64,000 nt of DNA from Felis catus (GCF_018350175.1 NC_058368.1:52267815-52331814), one strand, 5' to 3'. Positions 37,153 to 49,701 are shown, counted from the first letter of the stretch. Notes: a model not told the origin generated them from the letters alone. Translations and numbers: made by a program.

Positions 37153-39364
37153 GGCGCATGCGGGAACTGCATAGCTGGGTTACCCCATATTTGTCATTTA
37201 GCTTTCAAGTGCCATAACTTGCAAGAAAGAAGGGCATCCTACTCTCCTTATTGGTTCTAGATCCTAAATGTACAATGTTTATGTTCCATATGAAGTAAAA
37301 TATGTATATTTTAATTGAGACAAAGAGGACATTGAGTAACTTCAAATATATAAAGAGCTTTGGCTTCAGATCTGCATTCAGTTCCTGCTTCTGCTTTTTA
37401 CATGTTGTAAAATGTGGCCAATACCTTCCCTTTCATGATTCTTGTGAGGATGCAAAGAGCTGGCATCTATTAGGTGTTCAAAAAATGGTCTGACTTCTCA
37501 CTAAGGTGAGAGAAGATAGCTAAGATGCAAGAAAATTAACAGTAGAGACACCACAATTTTTATGACTAACTAAAAATGTGTATGTCTTAAAGCCACACAC
37601 AGGGTAGTAGTTCATATTTTTTATGCTAAATAGTGAAAGCTTGCTGTTGTTTAGTGACCTTGGTAGTTTCATACTACTTTGGTTAATTTAAGTGTTTTTG
37701 TTCTTCTTGTCACACACTAATTTTTTCAAATAATCTAAGGCTAGTTTCTACATCAAGCTTTATTTATCATTTTATAATTCAATGACTTTTGACTCGAGCA
37801 ACTTCGTTGATGGTGTCAAGAAATGAGCTACATCACTAGAATTCTATTCTGGCCAAATTATTCCATTTTCATTAAATTGTATAAATATATATTTCCCTAA
37901 GAGATATGATCAGGTGTAGTATTCTTATTTGCATTGACTTGATCAGCATATTGGCATCTTTTGCCTGAAAAGTGTTCTTGAGAAATATTTGATGACTCTT
38001 TATTGGAATTGTCTTCAATAGGTGGTGAAAATACCAGATTCAGCAAATTTTGTTTCTCTATTTTAGGTTAACAAAGGCAAAGGACACGTAATTATTTGAG
38101 CTTTTAATTATTTTTGTCCCATAGCAGAAAAGACAATAACAGTTTGGACTGTTTAAGCAACTTTGTTAAGTAAGTGAATACATAATGGGCATCAAACATA
38201 CATTAATCTTATTTTCATTTGTGACAGTCCTTCAGTGGCCCAGGGCAGGGATATTCCAACACCGGAAAAGCTGTGAAATATACTGAGAGCATGTTGTGCT
38301 CCTAATGATAAGATTATCCTTTTCTGCTATCACCTAGGGCCAAACATCGGGAAATTAAGTGAGTTACTCATGGCAAGCCCACATTGCTTCTGTCAAATTT
38401 ATTTTTTTCTCTTATTAGTGAACTTTTTTCTTTCCTGTACTCCAAGTCCCGAAGCTGCCTCCCTGGAGAATATAGTTCTGATAAAGGAATGAAAGCACCC
38501 AAGTATTGGAGGGTTGCCATGTTACCTCTTCTTAAGATATTTGTATTGAAAAATAGGTCTGTGAGAAGAGATTAGTTATCAGATAAATAATCAACTAGCA
38601 ATAGTATAAATGTAGAGTGTTGGGGGCCAGCTTTGTATCTCAAATCACTTCAGATAGACATGCATCTACCCAAAAATCTAGTTATACATACTGTCTTATC
38701 TTTCTCTTTTATAATATATCTGGTGACTTATTTAGGAAAGTCTTTTTAATATATTCTTCAGTACATTTTTGTATTCATTTGGTTCCTTTACCATACATAA
38801 ACTCCTCATATGTATGTATCTTCCCCTAAGATCAACAATAGAATTCTGCAGAGTTGGATACATGTCCAATACCTGCTCAATACATGTATGGAAAATTAAA
38901 TTGAGTAAGCATTGACTGCCCTCAACTGCCCTTGTTCCCCAGCCAGCAGATTTGGACCAATTAGCCAGTTTTTCAATGTAATTGTGTAATGGATACAACT
39001 AATATTTGGGGTGTTCAGTTAATCACACAATCATTTACTCATTTACACATCCATTCATTTAATTACTGTTTACTGTGTTCCTACCACATGTAAGGTGATG
39101 GAAATATAGAGGCAAATTGGATTGACTTCCTGGTCACAAGGAGTTTACAGTAGCAGTGACTCCACACAGAATGGTGATCCATAGGTTTGGCCAAATGTTA
39201 ATTTCCAAGTCATTGAAGAATAGTTTGATATTTAAATATGTGGAAACAGTATGTTGAACCTCACTTGTGCCAAGAAAAGGAGGGCATTATGAGTGCCAAA
39301 CAGGAACCATGAAATACCCCACACAACTATTTCTTTCCTAAAATTCATGTAGATAAAAACATTT

Positions 39365-39730
39365 GATTTCATTCATTCATCTATTTCATTCATTCATTCA
39401 TTCATTCATTCATCAAGGAAAGGAAAAGCAATTATCAAACAATTTATTATGTTCTGGGCATTGGGACATCTGGGTGGCTCAGTCAGTTGAGCATCTGACT
39501 TTAGCTCAGGTCACGATCTCATGGTTCACGAGTTTGAGGCCCGTGTCGGGCTCTATGCTGACAGCTCAGATCCTGGAGCCTGCTTCCGATTCTGTGTCTC
39601 CCTCTTCCTCTGCACCTCCCCTGCTCGTGCTCTGTCTCTGTCTCTCAAAATAAATAAATGCTAAAAAAATGTTTTAAAAATTTATTATGCTCTGGGCATT
39701 ACTCTAAGTTTTGAGTATACAAAGATAGAA
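39365..39730 (-). mobile_element. L2 3' end with (CATT)n tail, interrupted by a SINE
   Basis: (CATT)n at 39370-39413, then 'ATTTATTATG.TCTGGGCATTACTCTAAG'. Confidence 0.7.
39463..39678 (+). mobile_element. Felid Can-SINE
   Basis: 22-bp TSD AATTTATTATG(T/C)TCTGGGCATT (39441-39462, 39679-39700). Confidence 0.96.
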
Positions 39731-41163
39731 AAACAATATACAGTAGAAACAAAGGAAAATAAAAGGTATTTGAAATAATTAACCTTCATGCAATCAAATA
39801 ACTATGAAATTTATCAAAATAAGGGCTTTTGCCTATTGTGGGATGGATACATTGCTTTAGTTCTCTTTCCTTAAGTAATGAAATGAAATATTAGGTAGAA
39901 TTAAAATTTAGTTTGTTTTTTTCCTTCCTGCATGTGGGGCATCCTCTGTTACTGTGAACACAACGTCAGATAATGTAAAAGCTATTTCAGAATATATCTA
40001 TGATAATGTCAAGTGTAGAATATAATTGTCATTTGAAACCCATTGTCTGTAAATAGTCAAACAAGAACCTCAACTGTTTTTGACTGATTAGAACAGTAAT
40101 TTTAGCAAATTCAATGAAATTACCAAATAAGTTATCTATTTGAATGGTTCACTCAGAATAAATATTTCTACAATTTACATTTATTGTGTAGATACTAAAA
40201 CTGCTCAGGTTCTCATTTAATTTATTGCCAGAGTTGAATTAAACACGCCATTAGGCCAAAAGCACATTTATGCAAAACTAATATTTCTTTAAACCTTACT
40301 TTTATCTTTCGTGTTATTTTTTCCCCCATACAAAAAGGCACAGAAATTATCATCGTGCAAAATCTAATTTTTGGCTTTCGGAATTCTGAGGACTTTCGAT
40401 CTGCTATGTTGACATTGCATTGATATTATAATTTTCTTTTCGTTACATTTACAAAATAAAGGGAATTAGTCCTCTTATTAGTGTGTCTAACAACTTCTCT
40501 TAAGGACCCGACTTGCGTCTCATCTGTGTGGTTGCACTATAGCATATAGCCACCAAGATTGAATTTTTTTCATCATAGGGTTGAACCCTCCTAATTTGTC
40601 AAATCTGTTATTTGAACAAGTTGAATTGCCGGCTTTTATCTCAATTTCTTGACTGCTGTTTAAGAGGATTAGAGGCCTTGGTCAGCTCCACCAGGGTAGC
40701 TCACGGTAACAGGCGCCATTGCAGCTCAGATCCAAAAATCAATGAACTGAGTCTGATTGACTGAGTCTCAATTGCTCTGTGGAAAAGGCCTAATGCTGGT
40801 CTTCTCTACTTATGCAAACCAAGTCAGACAGAAACCAGCAGTGACCTCTTCCTTTTAAATTCAAGTATTAGAGAGGGAATAGAAAGAGAGAGAGAAATAA
40901 TGACAAAATATGAAGAAACGAGAAGGTGAAGAGATGCCTTTTGTGCCCAAAGAAACAATGTGATCTCATCATTTTACTAAGGATTAAAGTTCTCTAATGG
41001 GATAGCCTTTTACTTTGAAAAAAACACTCAAAATGACCAGTTATCACCACCTCATTTTTTTACATTTGGTTTTAGTGAGCAAATTTATACATAGAAACCT
41101 CCCAAAGTTAACTTTCCATTTGAAATGTTTTCTTTCATTCTGGGGAAGTGACAAAGAAAAAAT

Positions 41164-41233
41164 AGAGCCGACCAGAGTTCATTATGCCTGTATAGACCAG
41201 AATTAATTCAAATTAAGGAAAATAGACATTTTT
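41164..41233 (+). repeat. 70-bp dispersed direct repeat, copy 1
   Basis: 62/70 identical, ungapped, to 42961-43030. Confidence 0.93.
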
Positions 41234-42628
41234 CTCATTTTTTTATTCTATAGAAAATACTGTGACACAGATGCACTTATTCTGATGCAGCGAGATGTTC
41301 TTCCCTCTGTTTGCACTGTAATGGAGTAAAGGATATAATGATCATCATTCTCGTCTATGTGTTAGAGGTAAAGGGAAAGAGTTATCGGATTTCATTTTGA
41401 AGTTATTCATACAGGAGAGACAGTCACCTGTTTCGTTTAAAGAGGGAGTTCTCTTTCTTGAGTAAGCTTATTATTTAAAAGAAATGGGTCTAAGGAACTA
41501 GATCTGGTGTTAAAATAGTTCCATTAGAAGTTATGCAACTAAAGGTACTGTAGTCACTCAAGAAACAAAAGCAATTCCTTGAACTCTCAACCATTGGGCA
41601 ATGTTTATGGAAAGAAGGGAGTCCCCAGAGAACAACAGCACTTCATATTATGGAATCAGAGTGATTTTCAGATTTTCAAATCATTTTTTCTTTTTGCAGC
41701 CCTCTAACTACAAAGATCATAAAACAGGATCCCAAAAAGTTATGGGACATCACCCAGGTCGCAAACCAACTGAAATTTTTAAGAGTAAGCAGCTTGATGA
41801 GGAGAATTTTAAAAGGCTTAAAAAGAGTAGAAAATTTAAATCAGTGATATTTTCATCTGATTTGGCTTTCATCTGATTAGGATCATCTTGTCAATAATTT
41901 TAATTTGGAGGTTATAATTCATTTTAATCCATGGCTTTTTAAAAAATAAGCACATATTTGTGAACCATCTTTGATGGAGTTTTAAGCAGGTGGCAACTGA
42001 GACAGAAACAGGACACAATTTCTAGTTATGATAGTTTGTTTTGTCTTTCAGTCTAGAACCTAACTTTTAATGAGTGGGATCGTTTCCTGGGGTGTGTAAT
42101 TAGATGCCCCTCCTCCACGGTGTTCTTTTACCAAAGAACTGGTGCTATTTTAAAGGGGATGGTTCTTACGTTAAAAGAGGGCATAACACTGTCCCAAATC
42201 ACTGTTCCTGAAAGTAAAATTTTCTGAAACTTCATTTGCCTTTTGTCACTATGATGGCGTTTTGCAGTAGAATAACTTGCTAACAAGTGAAATTTGGATT
42301 AAGTCAACATTGTCATTAAAACAAAGTCATCTGATATTACCGAGAACCATAAAACTGCTATTGAAACCTGAAGCTTCAGAGAAGGAAATCTTTATTGTAA
42401 TAAAGGAATCAGCAACATTGTTTATAAGCATCATTTCCATGGCGAAAGATTAGTTCATTCAATAAGAATCTTGTAACATGGTGCCAGTGCGGGCGCAATA
42501 AACTTTATGGAATGGCTCATAAGATTAGACTAATTAAAGATAATCTAATTTGGACAATTTTATCTTCTGGAAAAGAAATGTGATGTCATTCTCTGGAAAG
42601 AGACAATGTTTAGTCTCCAGGGATGTGC

Positions 42629-42728
42629 AAAAAAAAAAAAAAAAAGAAAAGAAAGAAAAAAAAAGAAAGAAACAAAAAGAAAGAAAGAAAAAAAGAAAAG
42701 AAAGGAGAAAAGAAAAAAGAAAAAAAAA
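42629..42728. repeat. A/GA-rich low-complexity tract
   Basis: About 100 nt of A, GAAA and GAAAA units. Confidence 0.95.
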
Positions 42729-42960
42729 CCCTCACAAGATATGTGCAATAATAAGAATTAGGGTTGATCCAAAGACAGTCTTAGATCTACCCATTGCCTC
42801 TCAAAAGATCCACCACATAGACTGTTAAGCCCCATAATTATCTCCCCTATTTGTGACAAGCGTGAGCTAATCAGTCTCTGAGGGAGTTTTCCAGCAGATT
42901 CTGAGGAGAGTGTGTGTGCTTCACAGTGCTCATCAAGCTATTTTGTACTCAGAACCGCAA

Positions 42961-43030
42961 AGAGCTGACCAAAGTTCATTATCCTCATCTAGACCAGAAT
43001 TAATTCAAATTAAGAAAAATAGACATTTTT
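42961..43030 (+). repeat. 70-bp dispersed direct repeat, copy 2
   Basis: See copy 1; flanks do not align. Confidence 0.93.
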
Positions 43031-44581
43031 TAAATGTCGAGTGCTTATGATTTAGAACAAAGCGTCTTCACTATTTTTATAACAGCAGCATAGGTTCTAG
43101 CTGCCTATAATCCCATATTAAAAGATTAGAAAAAACATCTGAAGAAATCAGAGAGTGTCTAATTGAGGTTCTTCCCTTTAATCCTGCAAGCTGACTCCCT
43201 CTTGGATATCAAGATCTGTCAGTGGCGAGCCAGGGGAATTCTGTAAGGAAAAAGCAACCACGAGGAATATAACGTATTCTTTCCCACTAAAAAAATAAAA
43301 AAGGAAAAACACAGTTGGTGATATGAAAACAGAAATAACACAAAATTAAGGGAACCCCCCAAAATGGATTTGTAAATACAGCTAGTAAATAGTGAAGAAA
43401 TAAGGTTGACATTACTCGTTTATGTTTAAAACATTGCACAATATAAAGCACACAAATAAATGAAAAAAAATTCTCGGGAGAGGAGTAAATAATAGAGAGT
43501 AACAATAAAAATTGAATCCACACTCTCACTAGAAAACAATAAACTTTTTATTTAATAAATATCTTTTGCTCGGGTATTGATTGCTAGAGTATTCATGATG
43601 ATTGTCTTTGTATAATTATATTTATTCATCTTGCCTGAGAATTATATGTTAATGAGGACTTCAGATCAACACCAAGAAATATTACTGTGAGATAAAGTTT
43701 TTCCATGTAGCTATTACATAATCGTGCACAATACAATTTAGAACATTCACTTGTTGATAATTAATATTTCATGCTTATTTACTAAAGGACAGAAAAATTA
43801 GGCTATAGTTAATGAACAGTAAGTTAAATTAGCATAAGGAAAAACGAAAGGGCTTATTTTGTTTTATGAAACACAAAATCTTTTATAACATAATAAAAAA
43901 GAAAACAGTAATCAAGAAGAAAAAAGGGAAAGAAAATAGTGTCCTAAACATTTTAAAATAGCATCACATTTTAATCATAAAGTAGAATCTTTGCTTTCCT
44001 CGCTAATTTCTTAGAAATTGATATAAAATGTAAATTATGCAAAGATTACATCTAATAAAATATATATTTATAAGTACATGTGTATGATAAACATATTTCT
44101 CCTCAGCCTATTATGCATTAATACTTTAGAAGGGTTAATTTGCTGCATTATGGGAAAGTTTTCTTTTATTTCCATCATAAACCAGCTTGCATATAGAAAA
44201 ATCATTTAAAATATTTTAGTAGGCAATTTAATATTTTATTAACAATCTTTTTGTAAAAGATGCCTCTTTTGTAGTAAACTGGATTTTGAAGGACGACAAA
44301 AGTCATTAGGAATCATTCCATAATCCAGAGAATCTGGAAACCTGAGCATAAATAGAGAAGTTAAAACAATCGAATACTTTTTTCTTTTCAATTGCAAATG
44401 AAAAGCAGTTTGTCGAATAATATCTTTTGATCTGTACTCTCTAAAAAGAGGTCCACACCTCTTCAGAAAACACCACGCCACAATGTGCGTAGATTCGTGA
44501 CATTTAAGCAGTACCAGCATAAATTTGCGTTAATGGTCCAAATAGTAAATTTCAAAAACGCAGAATTTTTGGTAAAAATTT

Positions 44582-44601
44582 GTTTTGATACGTATCAAAA
44601 C
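44582..44601. repeat. Perfect 20-bp palindrome
   Basis: GTTTTGATACGTATCAAAAC equals its own reverse complement. Confidence 0.97.
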
Positions 44602-44827
44602 CAATTACCATCCTGATAAAGACATATGATCATTTTTAAAATCCCAATTTCGTTCTGATTTTTAAAAACATGATTTATCTTATTTAGCACTAGAGATACT
44701 GAAATTTGTACAAATTAATGACAACATATGTACTATTTGACTAATATAGAGTCAGTGTGAAGGGGAAGTTAAGAAATTCGCAGATAGTGACTAAATTCAA
44801 TATGGGTAGTTTATATTTAAAAAGGCA

Positions 44828-45052
44828 GCGGCACCTGTGTGACTCAGTCGTTAAGCGCCCGACTTCAGCTCAGGTCATGATCTCACGGTTGGTGAGTTCG
44901 AGCCCTGCATCGGGCTCTGTGCTGTCAGTGCAGAGCAGAGAGCCTGCTTCAGATTCTGTGTCCTCCTAGCTCTCTGCCCCTCCCCTGCTTGCACTCCATC
45001 TCTGTCTCTCAAAAATGAATAAATGTTAAAAACAAAACAAAACAAAACAAAA
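44828..45052 (+). mobile_element. Felid Can-SINE with (AAAAC)n tail
   Basis: Head GCGGCACCTGTGTGACTCAGTCGTTAAGCG. Confidence 0.95.
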
Positions 45053-45112
45053 CTCATGCAGTGTTAGCGTAGATTAAATGTGTACTTAAAAAAAAAAAAA
45101 AAAAAGAGGGCA

Positions 45113-45372
45113 GGGGCCCCTGGATGGCTCAGTCAATTAAGTGCCTGACTATTGATTTTGGTTCAGGTCATGGTCTCATGGTTTATGGGTGGGAGCCCCA
45201 TGTTAAGCTCCATCTTCACAGTGTGGAGCCTGTTTGGGATTCTCTCTCCCTCTCCCTCTGCCTCTGCCCCACTTGCACCCTTTCATGTTTGCTCTGTCTC
45301 TGTCCCAAAATAAATAAATATACTTACAAGTTTTTTTAAATAAAATAAAATAAAATAAAATAAAAGTAAAAA
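45113..45372 (+). mobile_element. Can-SINE with (AAAAT)n tail
   Basis: Head GGGGCCCCTGGATGGCTCAG; AGGGCA on both flanks. Confidence 0.94.
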
Positions 45373-45983
45373 GGGCAGAGGGCAAAATAAGTGGGGGCAG
45401 GTATAAAACCCAAACCTAAATTCTCTAATTTCCCCACAAAATTCAAAGTTGTCATCCTATGGCTTTATGGGATTGGTCACTCCATGGGGGAGCCCTTAAT
45501 TACCAAATGTCAGAGGGGAAGTGAAACCCCTCTGTTTATTTGATTTATAATTAAAATAACATGCTGTTTCAGGAAAGTAATTTTAACCTGATTTCTTAGG
45601 TTTGATATAACAAAGGAAAATTATGTCATTTACATTTTTACATGACACCGAGTTATTCCTTATGCTTTTGTGCTGAAAAATCAAAGCTAAATATTTAACC
45701 GTACTATCATCAAGCCAGTTTAATGATTATTATAATATATCTGTACTATGAACCATGAGAAAGAATATGCACAATCAGTAACTACTTAAAATTCACAAGC
45801 AATGTTAGGAGCAGGAAAAAAAAAAAAACACGTATCAGCCTAGGACATCACAGGTGTTACCCAGGGACGATGACATTGGAAACAGTGAGGCTTGTGTCTG
45901 TCTCATTTGGGGGAGTCATTACCATTGTATTGTGGAAGTCTAAAACCTCCATCAGATTAGCATACCGGAAGGAAGGTCTAGCC

Positions 45984-46214
45984 CATGCATACTCAACTTT
46001 GTCTGCCTGTCATGCCACATGGAAAGGTTTTAAAATCTTAATGTCTAAGCAGAAACCCAATATCCATGATATGATATGATATGATATGATATGATATGAT
46101 ATGATATGATATGATATAAATAATAAATAAAATCTTAAAAAGAATTCAGGCATCAGTATTTATTGTAAAGCTCTTCAGGTGATTTCACCATACAGTCAAG
46201 GTTGAAATCTATTG
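45984..46214. mobile_element. MER5-type element containing an (ATATG)n microsatellite (~46066-46117)
   Basis: 'CAGGCATCAGTATTT...AAGCTCTTCAGGTGATTTC...CAGTCAAGGTTGAAATCTATTG'. Confidence 0.7.
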
Positions 46215-46533
46215 ATCTATACCAACCCTCCTCTCTACCTGGCAACCCAGAAGACAGGATTCGCTAGTTACATGAAATTGGAGGTTCCGAACAAACCAGA
46301 AGCCATTAGGATAATTCAGTGGTTCTCACACTTTTTTACCTGCAGATCCCCTCTTCGAAACTCAAGATTATTGAAGGCCCTGAAGAGCTGTTGTTCATGT
46401 GGGTTGTATCCCATGGTATTTACTTTATTAGAAATTACAGCTGAGAAATTTAAAAGAGTTAATTAACATCAAAATGAAAACAATGACCCCGTTACATGTT
46501 AACATAACTCTTACTTAAGAAATTATATTTTAC

Positions 46534-46657
46534 AGGGCCACCTGGGTGGCTCAGTCGGTTGAGCATCTGACTCTTGATTTCGGCTCAGGTCATGATCCCA
46601 GGGTCATAGGATCAAGCCCTGCAACAGGCTCTGTGTTGAGCATGGAGCCTGCTTAAG

Positions 46658-46712
<55 letters not shown>

Positions 46713-46774
46713 ATCTGTGCCCCTCTCTTCTGCTTGTACATGCTCTCTCTCTCAAAAATTAAAAAAAAATTAAA
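46534..46774 (+). mobile_element. Can-SINE with expanded (CT)n, inside Charlie1
   Basis: TSD AAATTATATTTTA / AAATTGTATTTTA. Confidence 0.95.
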
Positions 46775-46844
46775 AAATTGTATTTTATAAAAAAAATCAA
46801 AGGGAGAAGTAGTAATGTTTTACATTTTTGCTAATCTTTTCTTT

Positions 46845-47109
46845 TTTCTGGCTCTTAGTTCCCATCGCCTATTTCACCCATATCCCCACTCACTTACCCT
46901 CAACCAAAAAGTTTGTTTTTTACAGTTAGGAGTCTGTGTTTTGGGGTACCTGGTTGACTCAGTTGGTTAAGCATATGACTTTGGCTCAGGTCATGATCTC
47001 ATGGCTCATGAGTTTGAGTCCCGCGTCCAGCTCTGTGCTGACAGCTCAGAGCCTGGAGCCTGTTTGGATTCTGTGTCTCCCAATCTCTCTGCTCTTCCCC
47101 TGCTTGTGT

Positions 47110-47156
<47 letters not shown>

Positions 47157-47640
47157 TAAATAAACATTAAAACAAATTTTAAAAAAAGAGTTTGTTTTTT
47201 GATTTGTCTCTCTTTTTCTCCTTTGTTTGTTTGTGTTGTTTCTTAAATTCCACATATGAGTGAAATCAAATGGTGTTTCTCTTTCTCTGGCTGACTTATT
47301 TCACTTAGCATTATACTGTCTAGCTCCATCCATGATGTTGCAAATGGCAAGATTTCATTCTTTGTGTGGCTGAGTAATATGAAGGGGAAGGTTAAGACAT
47401 TCACAGATATTGACTGTATATATATACCACATCTTCTGTATCCGTCTGTAGATGGGCACTTGGACTATTTCCATAATTGGGGTATTGTAAATAATTCTGC
47501 AATAAATATAAGGTGCATGTGTCTTTTTGAAGTATTGCTTTTGTATTCTTTCGGTAAATACCCAGTAGTGGAATTAACTGGATCATATGGAAATTCTAAT
47601 TTTAATTTTCTGAGGAACCTCCATCCTGTTTTTCACAGTG
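46845..47640 (-). mobile_element. Truncated carnivore L1 3' fragment inside Charlie1
   Basis: Aligns by eye with 1625-2125 of the large L1. Confidence 0.92.
46943..47187 (+). mobile_element. Can-SINE inside the L1 fragment
   Basis: TSD GAGTCTGTGTTTT / GAGTTTGTTTTTT. Confidence 0.95.
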
Positions 47641-48714
47641 AATTTTTTTTTTTTGGCCAACCTTAACATCTGGCTTCATAGAAGGGTAGCTTGGTTTTCA
47701 TATCTGCTTTTGCATTTAGTCTGTTGCAATAATACATGCTTGCAAAACTTCCCTATGCACTTATGAGAGAAGAACGCAAATAACCTCCAGGGGTCCTGAT
47801 TAGCCCCAAAGAATGCTTGGACCACAACTTGAGAACTGTTGGCACAATTAAAGTAACCTTCGTAGCACAGGTGAATACGCAAACCCTTACCCTCTTGTTC
47901 CCAAAAGTCTGAGACAAAGGAACCACTGAGATGTACAAAGGAAATACTATTGCTATTTGCTTGGTGACTTGTAGGCTGTGTGATGGTACAGGTGCTATTT
48001 TAAAGACTGACCTAATTTAATCGGAAAATTTTGCTATTTCAAACCGATATGTATCTGAAAAATATGAGTTCTACATTGAATGATTTTTTCACACTTAAAA
48101 GATCCAATTTTTGTACCCCCAAATTGTGCAATCCTGTTGGTGAGACATGCATTCCTGGATGAGGGCACATTTGAGGAGTGGTTTTTGAGGTCAGATTTTT
48201 ACATCTGATGACTTAAATGAGTAAAAACTTACGTATACCTTCTTCCAATTTGCGTAAATGCTCTCACTTTGCTATTTTTTTTTTCACTTAAAGCATCTTA
48301 GGTAGATAGTTTATCTTTTAAAATGAGAGGACATTAGAAAAGGACATCTTTGTGCTAAGTAGCTATTTTGGTTTAGCAATATGGCTGCAGACAGCTTCTT
48401 ACATAAACATTTCATGTCTATTCCTAAGAACTTTCAGTTGTTATTGCTGTTGTTGTAGTTGTTACTTTGCACCTCCCTCTTGTTTAAGACAGATGACCTT
48501 CAAATTGAAATTCTATTCTCTTTGATTTATTTCCTCTGACCTTATTTTTAAAAGGTGTTTCCTTGTTGGTTTGCATTTCCTTTGTCTTTTGTTAGCTTCT
48601 CTGCACATGCCATATCCAACATTACCTATGCGACGGAATGCACACACATGTAATCTCGTTCTTTCCATTTTGACTCTGTTCACACATTTATTATGGTCAT
48701 TTTTAATTTTAGTT

Positions 48715-48870
48715 CTATTCTCCCAGATATCGGCTATTTCTTCTACCTGATGTCATCGGCAGACTTAACAAGCATAGTTGATAGTCCATCATCCTGGTCA
48801 TTGGAAAAATGTTAAATAGCACTGGACTGGGAACTGACCCCTGCAGAACACTTCTTGTTATATTTCCCCT
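48715..48870 (-). mobile_element. CR1/L3 LINE reverse-transcriptase relic
   Basis: Minus translation 'QGSVPSPVLFNIF', a frameshift, then 'NDQDDGLSTMLVKSADD', matching CR1 'PQGSVLGPVLFNIFINDLD...KFADD'. Confidence 0.85.
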
Positions 48871-49380
48871 TAATTCATTCCCCAAATGATACTTATAATC
48901 TGTATCTTTAGATGTGTTCCAGGTAAGGTGGGCCAGTAATCCTTTGGTATGTAATATATTTCTAATAATTAAGAAATATTCTAATTGGAAATTTGTATAG
49001 ATAGTAGTAGAACTCTTATAGAACTGAATGTTCCTCATAAAAGAGGGAGTTATGCATATGCATAAATGGGCAAAATTGGCCCTTATAAGTGTAATACAAA
49101 GTCAGGAAGCAAGGAAAAACACATACTGTACTGAAATGTCCATTACTTGCTTCAACCTTGACTAAAATACCCATATGACCCATGGGAAATTAGCAAGAAA
49201 AATAGCATTTTATAAATCATTAAACTAAAGTTTTCACTGTAGCTGTCCTATTGGTAAATTATGTCTAAATGACTATCTTTACTTCTATTTGTAATTGGAG
49301 CATCATATTTAGTGAAGCCTAGCTTGTATCTCTCCCCCCACCCTATCTCCAACTTGAGCTCACCCAAGTGGACACATTAT

Positions 49381-49415
49381 ACACATACACACACACACAC
49401 ACACACACTCACACA
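49381..49415. repeat. (CA)n microsatellite
   Basis: Seen directly. Confidence 0.95.
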
Positions 49416-49701
49416 AATACGCCTTTTTCTTTAGAGAGTAATACTGAAGTATTTCTGATTTTGTTGGTTTTTATGCTTACATCACCAAATGTATTTTTTA
49501 AATTGTTTCTTTGATTAATCAAACATTACTAGGATTCCATAATATTCACATATTAATGCTGCTTCCCGGACAGGACAGGGTAAGAGGATGGTGAAGCAAA
49601 ATGGAAATTTCTAAAAACTTCACTAGGAAAGCAAAATTTAGGAAAGCTCGATACTGTTATTGAATAAGATAATCAACTAACAAAGATGCTTTAAATGCTT
49701 A

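Larger units (their letters stand above)
46317..47841. mobile_element. Charlie1-family non-autonomous hAT transposon with nested insertions
   Basis: Termini CAGTGGTTCTCA...TGAGAACTGTTG; internal 'ATTATTGAAGGCCCTGAAGAGCTGTTGTTCATGTGGGTT' and 'TGGCTTCATAGAAG...CATATCTGCTTTTGCATT'; 8-bp flanks GGATAATT / GCACAATT (6/8 match). Confidence 0.85.

Noticed and set aside
42550..42828. Lysine-rich ORF and its Phe-rich antisense ORF
   Set aside because: Translation of the A/GA-rich low-complexity tract.
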